This document shows, in pieces, positions 13,553-26,600 of a stretch of 64,000 nucleotides of DNA. A program made the translations under genes and the position numbers. Source of the DNA: Paragordius varius (taxonomy: Eukaryota > Animalia > Nematomorpha); contig OZ176055.1 of NCBI GenBank assembly GCA_964247055.1, positions 806,001 to 870,000 of the forward strand, written 5' to 3'. Below the pieces are notes generated by a model that had not been told where the DNA came from, searched no databases, and saw only the letters and a list, made by a program, of their open reading frames with translations. Within the stretch, counting starts at the first letter, position 1, and each line of letters opens with the position of its first letter.

Positions 13553-14968
13553 CTATGATTTATTATCCTTTTTCCATTTCATACGTCGATTTTGGAACCA
13601 AATTTTAACTTGGCGTTCCGTGAGTCCCAGCAAGCTTGCTATTTCATATCGCCTCCTGCGTGTCAAATATCGATTAAAATGAAATTCTTTCTCCAATTCT
13701 AGCGTTTGATGTCTCGTGTAAGCCGTACGACACTTTTTAGCATCGTCATCTATGATAATAATACAGGCAAAAATGTTAAAATGTTTAGATTTCATAGTTT
13801 AACAAGTCTTAGATAATATAACTGATATATGTGCGTTTAAATTAACAAAATAATCGAAAATCTACACGTTTCGAATAATATAAACTGCCCTTTCTAAAAT
13901 TTTAACATAAAATCCTTATGTTTTGCATTATAAATATTTTGGTTAATATCTTTTCCCTTTTTTCGTACATGACTGTATGTATAAATTTGATAAAACATCA
14001 ATCATACGATTCCCCATAATTTAAACATATCACATCTCTCATATGCAACGTTCCTTTTCTCATTAGGCATATTTTGTTTTGCTAAATATTTTTTGTTTTT
14101 ACTGTATACATGAGACTTAAAAACGTCAGTTAAAGTAGTGTTTCAAAGAGTTTACCACTATACTATTCATTAAATTTGTAAGAAAAATATTTTGATCAGG
14201 GCCAAAATGGTATCATAAAAAATAAAGTTAATGTAAACCATCAAACAAATTGGCAGAATTTTGATTAATATTGGCATTCGTAGCAGTTATTGAACTATTA
14301 TTATTGCAATGGTATTTTTTATTATTTGCGGTTGTTGAGGGATGATGCAATGAACTGTTACCATGTATTTTAAGCATCCAAGGGTATATTTGTGTCGTCT
14401 GTTTCATATGAATGTTATTAAAAGTCTTGGAGATATTAGATTTTGAATTTGAGTTTTTCCTACTGCCTTTATTGACACAATTGGTCGTCTCAACATTATT
14501 TAAAGCGTCGTTTGATGCATTAGATGATAATGACTCATCAACAATTTCCCCATCTAAATGAGTTGATAATTCTGAGCTACTTTGCTGAGATTCATCATTT
14601 TCTCCATCTTCGAGAGGGTTTTCATATGATGACATATTTTGATTATTTCCAATAACATCATTGCTGATGATCTCAGATTCTAAAGTTGAGTTTGCATTAC
14701 CGGTGTGATAGGTTGTAAAAGGTTCCTGGATTACATTTAGTTGAGAATTAGTATAGTTATTGAAATTGTATGAATATGTTGGTGGCATAAAGTAGGATTG
14801 ATAATTTGCAAAAGGGTGTGATGGTTTATTACCATTTGGATTTAACAGTGTTGAATTTGAGTTAGAACTTGACCAAAAATAATTGGTATAAGCTGAATAT
14901 AAATTGGATGGAATTGAATAATAGCCTGCAGAATTGTTTTTATCTAGAGCCTCAGTTATATCATTCAT
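13553..14968 (-). CDS. Scr: Antp-class Hox protein, Hox5/Sex combs reduced type, 308 aa; exons 14968-14239 and 13749-13553
   Basis: Hexapeptide [11 protein letters not shown] resembles Hox5/Scr QIYPWMxKxH. Homeodomain [61 protein letters not shown] phase-1 GT-AG intron (G|GTTTAC...CATAG|AT) joins the two ORFs in frame. The Hox call is certain; the paralogy group is inferred from motifs plus mir-10 position. Confidence 0.9.
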
Positions 14969-16041
14969 TATTGCAAAAATTGTGTAATTGAAATAAAAAT
15001 TTGTTGGATTTTACGAGCGTGTCAGGATGTCATACTTAAAAATGTTTTGTAGGTTTATAAGATTAATTAATTGATTGCACACAGATTTTGATGTTTAGAT
15101 ATGGATAAAACACCGGCGGAAATAAGAGATATAAAGACAAAGAAAGATTTATTAAAATTGCCACTAATTGGATTGATTATTATTGATATTGATAAGTGCT
15201 TTAAAATATATTATCTTGATTAAAGACATTTTATTGATGGAAACATTTTGATAAAAAATATAAAAAACTGAGTTATGATATAATTTTTAAAAACATTAAA
15301 CAAATATCCGTTGCCACATTTGTGGATATGTCAAATATACTTTAAAATTAACTCAATCTTCATTTTTTTAATTTATAATGTACCAGAATTTTTGTAGAAA
15401 ATATATTTTGAGAAATATAAAACAAACAATTAACCATATTTGAATAAAATATAAAATTTAAGACCACATATTTTGCTTTAAGACAAAAATATGAAATAAC
15501 AACAATAAATAACTCATTTTAAGGAATTTTTTGTATATTTGCTTTTTTAAGCACAAACGATAACAGTTCATTTGTACAAATATGTATAAGAAAAAATATA
15601 AGTATTATTTTTAGCTAATAGAGATAAATTATAATGCATTGAACGGTGTTTGAAAAAACGGACATAGTTTCTTAATTTTATATATGTCCTTGTATTGCCT
15701 CGTTAAATATTTCTACTTCATTCCATCAAGGTGAATATATTTGGTAAAATTGTAAAGTTTAAAGCGCTAACCTCTATATATTCCGTAATATCCAAATATT
15801 TTAATATGTATATTTTTTTAATTATGTATGTATACATTAAAAAAATCCAACAATACAAACCATATACACGCACACACATGATGGAGTCTATGAAAAGAGT
15901 TTATTATGAATTCTAAGCTAAAAAAATGATTAATCTGTTTTTTAAAAATTATATCTTTTAAAATTCTATTTATTATTTAAATTTTTTTAATCAACTGGTA
16001 CTGAAAAATATATTCCAAACTACATCACTCATGATATATGT

Positions 16042-16068
16042 TGATTGACATGTTTAAATGATTGACAG
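16042..16068. promoter_or_regulatory. Candidate Pbx/Meis (Exd/Hth) site pair about 1.1 kb upstream of the Hox start codon
   Basis: TGATTGACAT (16042-51) and the exact decamer TGATTGACAG (16059-68). Confidence 0.35.
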
Positions 16069-17858
16069 AACATGTGTTTGCGAATTTTTACATATACATA
16101 TGGCCGCTGGTATTTTTTAAATATAAATAGTTAAATAAAAATGTTTTAAATTAATTATTGATTGTGAATAAAATGATTGTTTATATAGCATATCTCCATA
16201 AGTAATGACTTTACAGGTTGCCATTTTAGATGAAAAAATTTGGCGGGCATTCGCAAAAATGCTGTTATTTATTAACTTATTAGATTTGAAACATAAGTTT
16301 GTTAAAACTAGTATTGATTTCAAATTATTAATTTTAGTTGAATTTTTTAAAATTTTGTATTTGTAATTTCTCGCTGGCTGCAGAAATATATTGGATGGCC
16401 GTTGTTGGACATCCTTGGTTACTGATTTTGTTGTGTCATTGAGTTGTAATATAATTTTTTCTGACCTAAGTTATGATTACTTTATTGTAAGATTATTATT
16501 AGTTTTATAGGTCTTTTATTAATTATACTAAAATAGTGTAAAAATTATATGGTGTAATTTCCTTGCTTACCTTAAATAACTAACTTTATTTATTTATCTA
16601 TTGACAAACAAAAGGAAAGAACTTACCCGTAAAAATCTCATGACATACTTAATTTTGGCCTTTAAAAAACATTATATTTTACAAATTTTATAAAACAAAA
16701 ATGTCGAAGTTGTTTGATATGGAATATTTTTTCACTAAATTTCATTTAGATATTTGGACTTATTTTTAGTATTCTTTTAAGATAGAAGCATATATTTAAA
16801 TTGCGACCGCTTCTTTCAGTAGTGTTTTAGAAATTTGAATTTTAATGTTGTCTAAGGTATTTGGATACTCAATTTGAATCAAACTGTTAATCAAAATTAA
16901 TTTATTAAACCCTTCACAAAAAACTAATGTGCCAAGTATTTAAGTAAAAATAAATCACTAATATTTTTTTCCTCAAAATCAACCAGTCAATTGTAATAAC
17001 ACCTAATCTTACCTGTGATTTATATAAGGCATGGTTATATGTATTGTTTAAAAACATGCATAAATTAATAGAGTTTACGTTAAAACATTAGTGGCAAAAA
17101 ATAATAAATGATCGATTAACGTCATTTATTACATAATAATAATATTAACTAATTTATTCAATTTAATTTAATTATCTCTCATTATTATATTTATAAAAAA
17201 CCTTTTTTTTCAATATAATTTCTCGAGAGGTAAATAAATGAATGAAATAATTTTTGATTTATTTATGATTGCCTTTTTTTCACATATAATAATAAGAATA
17301 AGAATAGGAATTATATATTCACAAAAAAAAATTAATTGAATTTTTTCTTATTAGCACCAAAACATTTTGAGATTAAATTTGGTTGAAGGGATTATTACGT
17401 AATCATTATTGGCAGTAATCTATTTTTTTTGGTTTTATTATAAAAAAATAAGACTTTATAAGAAAAATTTTTGGTTTTTTTTTCAGAGCACCATTTATAT
17501 ATTCGTAAGACTAATCATCCATTATTGATCGTCCAAAATGAAATAGCCTTGAGACATTTTTTCTTATACATTATTCCATATTATTGGCAAAATATATTAC
17601 GAGCGAGAGCGTGAAAGGGAACAAAAACGAAATATTTTTTCCATATCAAGTAAGTTAGTTTTAATTCCATTCTTCTTATTAAGAAAAGAGGTGTGTATAA
17701 ATTTTAAAATTATGTGGCGTAGTTTAAAGAAATTCTTTTGGCTAATACTTTTGCTTAGGATTTTCATTGGGGATTGAATAAATGATTGATCAAATTAAAT
17801 TGATTATTTGCGATTAATTTTTTGCCATTTTCTTTCTTTCACCTCCATAATCTTATTA

Positions 17859-18292
17859 CAATATGCATTTTAATGGTTGTTAAATATTTCATTCACACTA
17901 TAGTTGGGGGCAATTTGTAACACAACAGTAGTGTATGGAAAAAAACAACAAAATATTGAATAAACAATTTTTTACTTTTCTTTTCTTGGATACACTACTG
18001 TTGTTTTGCAAATTGCCCTACTATAGTGTGAAATACAGTCATGTATCCTTTATTTTATCAAAAATTTATTTTCTTTTGTTAAATGGGTATAAATATTTGT
18101 TAAATGGATTAAAAACAAGAGCTCTATGGTATTAACAATATCATATTTATCAAAAAAGTAGAAGAATTACCATAGAGCTCTTGTTTTTTCCATTCTTTAC
18201 CAAATATTTATACCCACATTTAACGAAAAAAAAAAATAAATTTTTGATAAAATAAAGGATACATGACTGTAAGCAACCATCAATATCCATTG
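17859..18292. mobile_element. R1 MITE split by a nested R2 MITE
   Basis: The R1 right arm resumes (AGCAACCAT) after R2. Confidence 0.8.
18036..18269. mobile_element. R2 palindromic TA-MITE (234 bp)
   Basis: TA|CAGTCATGTATCCTTTATTTTATCAAAAATT...AATTTTTGATAAAATAAAGGATACATGACTG|TA. Confidence 0.9.
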
Positions 18293-18889
18293 TATAAGAC
18301 AAATTATATGTAAGATTGAATTTTGTGGCAATTTAGAAATGTGTCATATACATATTATTTTTGCCGTTTTTCTTAGTTTGTTGAGATCTATTAGCAGCAT
18401 TGTTAGGGTAAAAAGATGGACTTTGGTCAGTTAAATCGATTTCATCAAAATTGTTTTCATAAGCTACCGGGTTATCGTAAACATATCGATTATTATGATC
18501 GCCATTTGAATTACCATTTGTATAGTTTTTTGCTCTATTATTGGTATTGAATGATGTTTTGGGTTGTTTATAAGTTACATTGACAGTCTCGTCGTCAGTT
18601 GTGGTATTTAGATTTCTCTAAAATTATAAAATTTAAAAGAGCAAATTTTTTAGATAAATTATAAAATATATTATTTTTTACAATATCAAATTTATCCTTA
18701 AATTAAATTCATTATATCAAGATGTTAATTCATTTTACAGGTTATTAAAGGGTCCTAAAATTAATTGAAAAAAATAACATATGGTTTTCCATTTTTTTCA
18801 ATTTAAATTTAATTTAATTTTTACATGACCTCATTTAAATTGTGTTCAACTTAAATCAAAATACTAATTAATAATATGCGCAAACCCAA

Positions 18890-18928
<39 letters not shown>

Positions 18929-19179
18929 CCACATATACTATTAAACAAAGTTCAACTGATATATTACTTGGCTTAATTATATCTCGAATGCATGCGACAG
19001 TTTAAAAAATGTTGATAAATTTTGCAAAGCATTTATAGGAAAGAGAAGCATTTTAAGTTTAAATCCTTAAAAAATATTTTTTGTCTCTTTAACCAAAATA
19101 AATTAATGAAACAAACAAAAACTGTATATTGTATAGCCTATGCTTAAAAGTTATACAACTAACTTATACATATATACCA

Positions 19180-20584
19180 TCATACATTTTGATTTTGCCT
19201 GGCTTCAGAAAACGAAGTGTGATCTATCCTAGGTCGGGGGATTCTGGAAAAAGCGCTTGAAACATTAACATTAGGTGAGGTTTCATATTCAGAGGTGTGT
19301 ATTACAGGACTTATAATACGGCGTTGGGAAGGTGTTCGCCCCGATGTTGTCGTATAAAATATGCGTTTTTTCACCTGTTCTGAATGTCTAACATATAAAT
19401 TTAATGCTATAAAAAGGACAAAAGACGTAAAATTTCTTTCAGATAAAACCATTTTTATTTAAATAGAGTTAGGTTTCTGCGGAACAAGGAATATGAAGTT
19501 GGTTATATCATAGATGTAAAATCAAGGATAAAATATAATATTCATTTACAAAATTAGTCCTTTTACATAGATTTTATACATGTACAGTATAAATTGAAGT
19601 TACACGGACAAAACCTAAAAATATAAAGACCAAATTTTTTTTAAAAGACAACTATACTTTGTGAAACCTTAATTGACTTATAAATCATTCATATACAATC
19701 GTAAATATATAATTGATTGTGTTACCAATAAACTTCTCTATATTATATTTTTTAATTTAAAATCATTAGTTATATTTTAAAAAATAAAAAAAAGCATGGT
19801 TGTGTTGTGAAAAATATTTGTCCATAAATTTTTTCGTTTTGTCCGTATAATTTTAATTTTTACTGTAAGAGCCTTATTAAAGGCTAAAATATGTTTAAAT
19901 TGGCTTGTGAAAAATATTTGTCCATAAATTTTTCCGTTTTGTCCGTATAATTTTAATTTTTACTGTAAGAGCCTTATTAAAGGCTAAAATATGTTTAAAT
20001 TGGCTTAATAATAACAGAATCTATTATTTTCTAGCCAAAATCCGTAAAAAGGTTACATGCAATTGGGCGAAAAATTAAAGGTAGATATATAAAATATATA
20101 TTTATATATGCATATAATTGATAAAAGTGCAAAACGGAATAATGCATTTACGGCTAAGGTCCACACTTAGATTCTAAATTAGCTTAAATCTTTAAATATG
20201 GGCATTATTTTACAGCGGAATTTAAAAACAAAATTTAAATGAGCGAAATTCGCTCGTAAATAAATTTTAATTTTTTAAATTATAATTTTTCAATAAAAAC
20301 AGGACAATATAATTGGAATATAGCAATTTACTTGCAACAAAGCAGGAGGAGAGCTAATAAACCAAGCAAAAATATAATTCCCAAAAGGACAGAAATGAAA
20401 ATGGCAAAATTTCTCCAATAAACATTCCGTACATTTTCTATATAATGAGTAATTTTTTATATGTTTAACATATATTTTAAAAGCAATAATTTGATTACTT
20501 TTAAAAAAGATAACTTTATAATAAGCTATCGTTTTTAAATATTTTTTAAAATATTTTCTATATTTTACGAAATTATTTTCAAAG

Positions 20585-20617
<33 letters not shown>

Positions 20618-23600
20618 TATAACAAAAACACATATAATTCATTAAGTATTTAAATTTTAAACATAAAAAAGAAATTTTTTAGGATTAAATTCTAATTTTA
20701 AAATCTTGGTTATAATATATCTTATTGCAATTGGCTTGCAACATAGGAATAGAGATGTAATTTGTCGATACATTTACAGTTAAAATTGAAATTATACGGA
20801 CAAAACGTGAAAATATAAAGACAACTTTTTGTATCTAAAAGAGAACCATTCCTTTTTAAAACCTCAATGTTACCCATATAAGCTATTAGTTGTAAAATAT
20901 AGAGTTAATTGTGTTAGTATTACAGATCTCTATTTCGCAATTTTCCATTTACAACACTGAGTTATATTGAAATAAATCAAGATTTAAAAAGTATGGGGTT
21001 GTCTTTTAGAAAAAAATTTATGTCGTTATATTTTTACGTTTTGTCCGTTTATTTTTAGTTTTAACTGTACCTCAAAAATGAATCCTAATAGTTTATTCGG
21101 AATTAATCAGGGGTTAAAAAAGTATGGTTGCCTTGCTTTTTAAAAAATGAATTAGTCCTTAGTTTTTCCATTTTATCAATACAAAATTTCAATTTTTACT
21201 GTAATTATTCTTTCAAATTGTGAGTAAAATTTACTTATACAACGCGTTTCCCCCGGTTTTGTGGTCGAAGAGCCGGGTGGACATTTGCACGTGAAAGAAC
21301 CCGGTAGGTTTACGCAATCTGCATCAAACATGGAACAGTTATGAGCTCCGGTTTTACATTCATCAATATCTAACGTGAAATAAAAAAAATTTTTCATTAA
21401 GAATTAAAAAGAATTGATCAATCTTTTATGGAATGTATTGATATTTCTTTCGTTTTACTGGTTAAACATATATATAAAGAGGCTTGTTATATATATATAT
21501 ATAAATATATACCATTTACAGTTCAAATTCACCCTTGAACATTCAAATTCACCCTTGAACAGTTTAAATACACTCTTATCAAATTCAAATTCAATTCACC
21601 CTTGAACAATTAAAATTCACCTTAAAATAAATTATGGTTTTTTTTAAATTAAAAATTGCCTTTATAATTTTATATTTTGAAAAAAAAAGAAATTTTGTAT
21701 GTAATCAAAATAATACAGAAAAAATAATAAACTATGCCATAAAACTATATTTAATTTTAATGATGAGAGTTATATTATCCCGAAAACACATAATTTATTT
21801 GAGGGTGAATTTGAATTGTTCAAGGGTAAATTTGAATTGGTGAATATGAATAATGGTATATTAGGATATATATATATACAGTTTAAAGTCTGTTTTTTCC
21901 TTTTTTTATTTATTAAAGTGTAAGGAAGGACTTAAATTGTATCCGGACATATGAAGGCTTTAGAACTCGCCCGCCTACCTGAGCAGGGGGCTAATTGACA
22001 GTGAGATGATGGAAAAATTGCGCCATAGTTTCGGAGTTAGAACCCAGGCACGCAGTGTAAGACATATTAGGAGATTAGTTAATTACATTAGTTTCTGATA
22101 TTCGATTAAATTAATTTAGAGAAATGTGCCGCCACCAAAAAATATAAACTTAATCATAAAAATACTAATTTATTTATTAGCAGCTTAGCTTAAATTAGGT
22201 TGGCAGCAAAATAATTTTTGAATCGGGAAGGGGGAAGCAGGGATAAAACATCAAAATGTATTAGCTTTTAAATAAAATATACAGTTATTTTTTTCACTTT
22301 TTATCATTATTAGCCAATAATAATTCTCTTTGCTGCTGAATCAGCTATTTGTCAATAATTAATAACTTTCCACCAATTACTTACTCATACTGTAATATGT
22401 AAACGGTTCAATTTTGTCACAAAAAGTTATGAAACAAAGACAGAGAAACAGCTGTTGCTATTGTTAATTAGAAGACCACTGACCTTAAGCAAAAATTTAT
22501 AGGCCACGTTAAGGAAGGATCTTAACCTAAAAAGTGTATAAATAAGGCAAACCCTTAATAAATATAATCCTCGTTCCATTTAAGATAGATAAAAACAACT
22601 TGATTCGACTTATTTTTTGTTAGCGACACTCTGGCTTTGCATTCGCGTTTTTAAGATATAAATATTTTTTATAAATGAATAAAATAAGTGGATATTCTTT
22701 CCTGCATAAATGTTTGGATAAATTTAAAATATTATAAGGTTTTTTTAACCGATAAAGACAATTATGTGACATGTTAATTTAGTATAGGAGTTATAATTTC
22801 TAATATACCACAATATTAGTGATTTTTAATATACAATCTTTATTAACCCACATATTTATTTGCTTTAGATAACACATGTGTGATGAATTTAACCTCTGCA
22901 TATTTCAACATCAGGTCGATTCCAATGTGGGGCTTTGGCAAACCCTGGTCTGCAATCACATCGGAAACTCCCGAATTCATTAACGCAAACTGTATACTCG
23001 GGTGGGCAATTGTTTAGTTCAGTTTCACATTCATTCAAATCTACAAACGAAAATTAAGTTTTTTATATCGAATTAATATATAAATGTATATGAATATAAA
23101 TATTTTTAATTTACAGTAAAAAATGAACGATATAACACACAAAACGTAAATAATAAATAAATATTTATTTCTATAAAAAAATCAATATATCTTAAAAACC
23201 TTAATTATTTTTGAAAATAACTCATCGTTTTGGGTTACTTAACAAAAAGAAAACAGTTGTAAATTAATTAATATAATTTATAGAATTAATATTTTCGTTA
23301 ATGTGCAAGGAAAATCAAGGTGGTTAAAAAGTATATGGTTGATTTTTGATTTTGTTTTTACGTTTTATCTGCATAATTTTAATTTTTACTGTAATATCAC
23401 TGAATAGGATACGTAATTAATAAAGCTTTTCTAGTCAAATTATTGCCTTTCGGTTCTACGTGTCAAAAAACGGTTCCATATCATATAATATTCTGATCAT
23501 CCGGTTCTGACATTTTTTGGTTCTATTTTTTAACTATAAGTATGAAAACCAAATTTTAGTAAATGCGAAAATGAATTTGATTAAATATTAATTCTGAAAA

Positions 23601-26600
23601 TTGAAAAATTATTTATTATTTATAAAAAACGGTTAAACATAAGGTACATTGTTTTAAAAATTTGAAAAACGATAAAATAATAAACGATAAAAGCCGCGGT
23701 TCTGTAAAAAACGGCCTGATTTATCCTTTTAAAACGAAATCATCCCTGTATGATTATTTTTGTATTTTAAAAATTGAAGTTTCACTATAATATCCTTAAG
23801 AATCAATCAAAAACAGGTAAAACCCAATTTTTTATGTAAGATCCCTGGATTATCCACAAAATTACTCCCCCCCCCAAATAATTTATTTATTCATAGAAAA
23901 TATAAATTCATAACATCTATAAAACTACATTTGGTTTTTAATCAATTATAGTAAACCTTGAGCTACAAGAGTTGAGGGATAAACCTTAATAGCTGTGGTC
24001 GGGAGATATCTGGCATTCGTGGGTATATTTTCACCCTTGGATGTACGGAATGTAGTATAATCATTATTGTTAATGCGAGGCAATAGAAATAAATTATTAG
24101 TATCTAGGCTTAATTCGAAGTTATTCTCAAAGATTGATCCATTTAATACTGTTGTTGATGTTGTATTGTTGGCATAATACTGCTGTAATTCAGTGCTTTC
24201 TGTTGACTGTTTTTGCTGTCTTTTACGTCTCTTAGATTCTTGCTGTAATAAATTATCATAGGAGTTTGGTGATTCAATTATTGATTCATAATCGCTTTGT
24301 TCCACATTGACATTCGGGGGTATTTCCAATCTCAAGTTTCTTTTTTGTAACAACGTATTTCTTTGATTTGTAATTACATGGGAACTAACAGCAGAAGGCC
24401 AACCAAAGGTTTGTGAAATAATTTGTGGTATAAGGTTTACTTGAGCTCCCGGGCCTGTTAATAAACTGTCATCACCATCACCCTTGTGCAAAAACATAAG
24501 GACTAACGCAATTTCAATGTCATACAGCTCAGGTTTATAGTCGACATAATTATAGATATTGCTATTGTTTTGAACGCTGTTAAATAAAAATTTATTTTGT
24601 TTTATTGTTGTTAAAGGATGGCTTCGATAATTTCGTGGAGTTAACATAGTTGCTTTTGGTGATCTTTTATTATCATTGCCATAGGAGGAGTATTTATAAT
24701 TTGATTCTCTATTCCTATCATTAAAATTCAACATATCTCTGGGTAGTGGTGTGTTTAATATGGGAATTTTATCAAAAATGCGGATATCTATAACGCGAGA
24801 ACCAATGTACTTCTCTTTAAACTTGTCACGTAACGCATTATCAATCTAAAGGTTACAAATTAGTATTTCTTTTACAATATATATAATAATTATAGAAAGA
24901 ACAAAACCAAAAAGTAAAATACGAAAAATTATGTTATAGCGCAAATAATTTTTTGAATATCCCTAATTTATATTAATCTATATCATAATTATGAAATATA
25001 TAGTTGAGAATTTTACCTATATGCATATCCTTTTTACGAAACTCAAAGGAAAATAATAAATAACAAGGGTGAAAAAATGTTTTATAATTTTTTAATTTAC
25101 AGTAGGTAAGTTTAAATTTAAGACTTAATAAAAGTTTAAAACACTCCTGAGAAAAAACCAATTTAACACCATAAAAAATATTAAATAAAAGTGATGGGTG
25201 TTTTACTGGTCTTTGGATTTCACGAACTAACCAAAAGTGAGCAAAGGTATGTGGTTGAAGGATATCAAAAATATCTAATTGATGCGTCATAGGTAAGCTA
25301 GAAATGGTCAGGTTTAACATAATATTGATTGGGCTTCGATTACACTGCTGCTGGGCTCCCACACTGTTTTCCCTGATGTTTCTCTGGGGAGAAACCTAAA
25401 AAAGCGATAAAATTTGCATTAGGATTACCATATAAATAAAAATGAAATTGTAGTTTTTTATTGTTGAATATTGGTACCAGATATAGAATAAGGGAAATAT
25501 TAATGACTCATAGCTATATATATCACATTTTAACTTGTATTAAACAATAATAATTGTTGTTATATTAACTGAAAAAAAATTAGTAACATACAGTATGCAT
25601 TGCAATGGTAGGCTATTTCCCACTATAGTAAGGTAATTTGCAACACAACAGTAGTGTATGGAAAAAACAACAAAATCTTGAGTAACAATTATTTTTTTTC
25701 TTTTTTCCATACGCTTTAATATAGGGTGAAATAAGCAACCATTAATATGCATACTGTATTTAACCCTCAAACAATTTAAATTCACCCTAAAATAAATTTT
25801 GTATTTTTAAGTGTAAAAAATACCTGTGTTAATAAAATTTATCATTTACAACTCAAGAATTCACCCCCTTGAACATTTTCAAGCATTCACCCCCTTGATA
25901 TTAATTTTTGGGCGCTAATTTAACATATACTCATCATTATTTATGTTAAATATTTCTTTATGGCATAGTTTATTATTATTAATTTTTGTATTACAGTAAA
26001 AATTGAGATTGTACGGATAAAACGTAAAAATAATAAAGACAAATTTTTTCAAAAGACAAACATACACTTTTAAACATTAATTTATCCTGGAAAAGTCATT
26101 TAATTACAATCGTAAAATACTTAATTAATTGTGTTACTAACATACATTTCTATTATATAATTTGCAATTTGAAACAATGAGTTATATTTAAAAAAGAAGA
26201 TTTAAAAAGGATGGTTGTCTTTATATTTTAACATTTTGTCCGTATAATTCCGATTTTTACCGTATGTTTATTTTTACACAAAATTTTTTTTTTCAATATT
26301 ACCGTATAATAGGTGGCATCACACTGACATACTTCCTGAGCAACGTAGTTATTTGAATCATCCATATCGAAAGCTGTATTTTGAGCAGTTTTTGGGGTCC
26401 AACTAACGCGACAAGTACTATGGGGTGGACATTCTTGACCCCCGCATAAAAGTTTATCTGGGGTTGAGTTATAAATATTTCTTAGAAAAAAAAGTTAAAA
26501 TGTTGGAAATATAAAGGCACAAAACATTATAAACTGATATTTTTTATGTCTTTTCTTAATGGTAACAACTTTGGTTTTGTAATCCTAAATGTTCTAAAAT

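Noticed and set aside
13553-13749. Hox4/Dfd assignment (TAYTRHQ, KKDNK)
   Set aside because: No LPNTK after the homeodomain; QIYPWM, Thr13 and mir-10 lying downstream all favour Hox5. Not excluded without phylogeny.
3374-16323. Short F/I/L/K/N-rich ORFs (3374, 4265, 11385, 15731, 16117 and similar ones elsewhere)
   Set aside because: Composition mirrors AT-rich noncoding DNA; no motifs or compatible splice phases.
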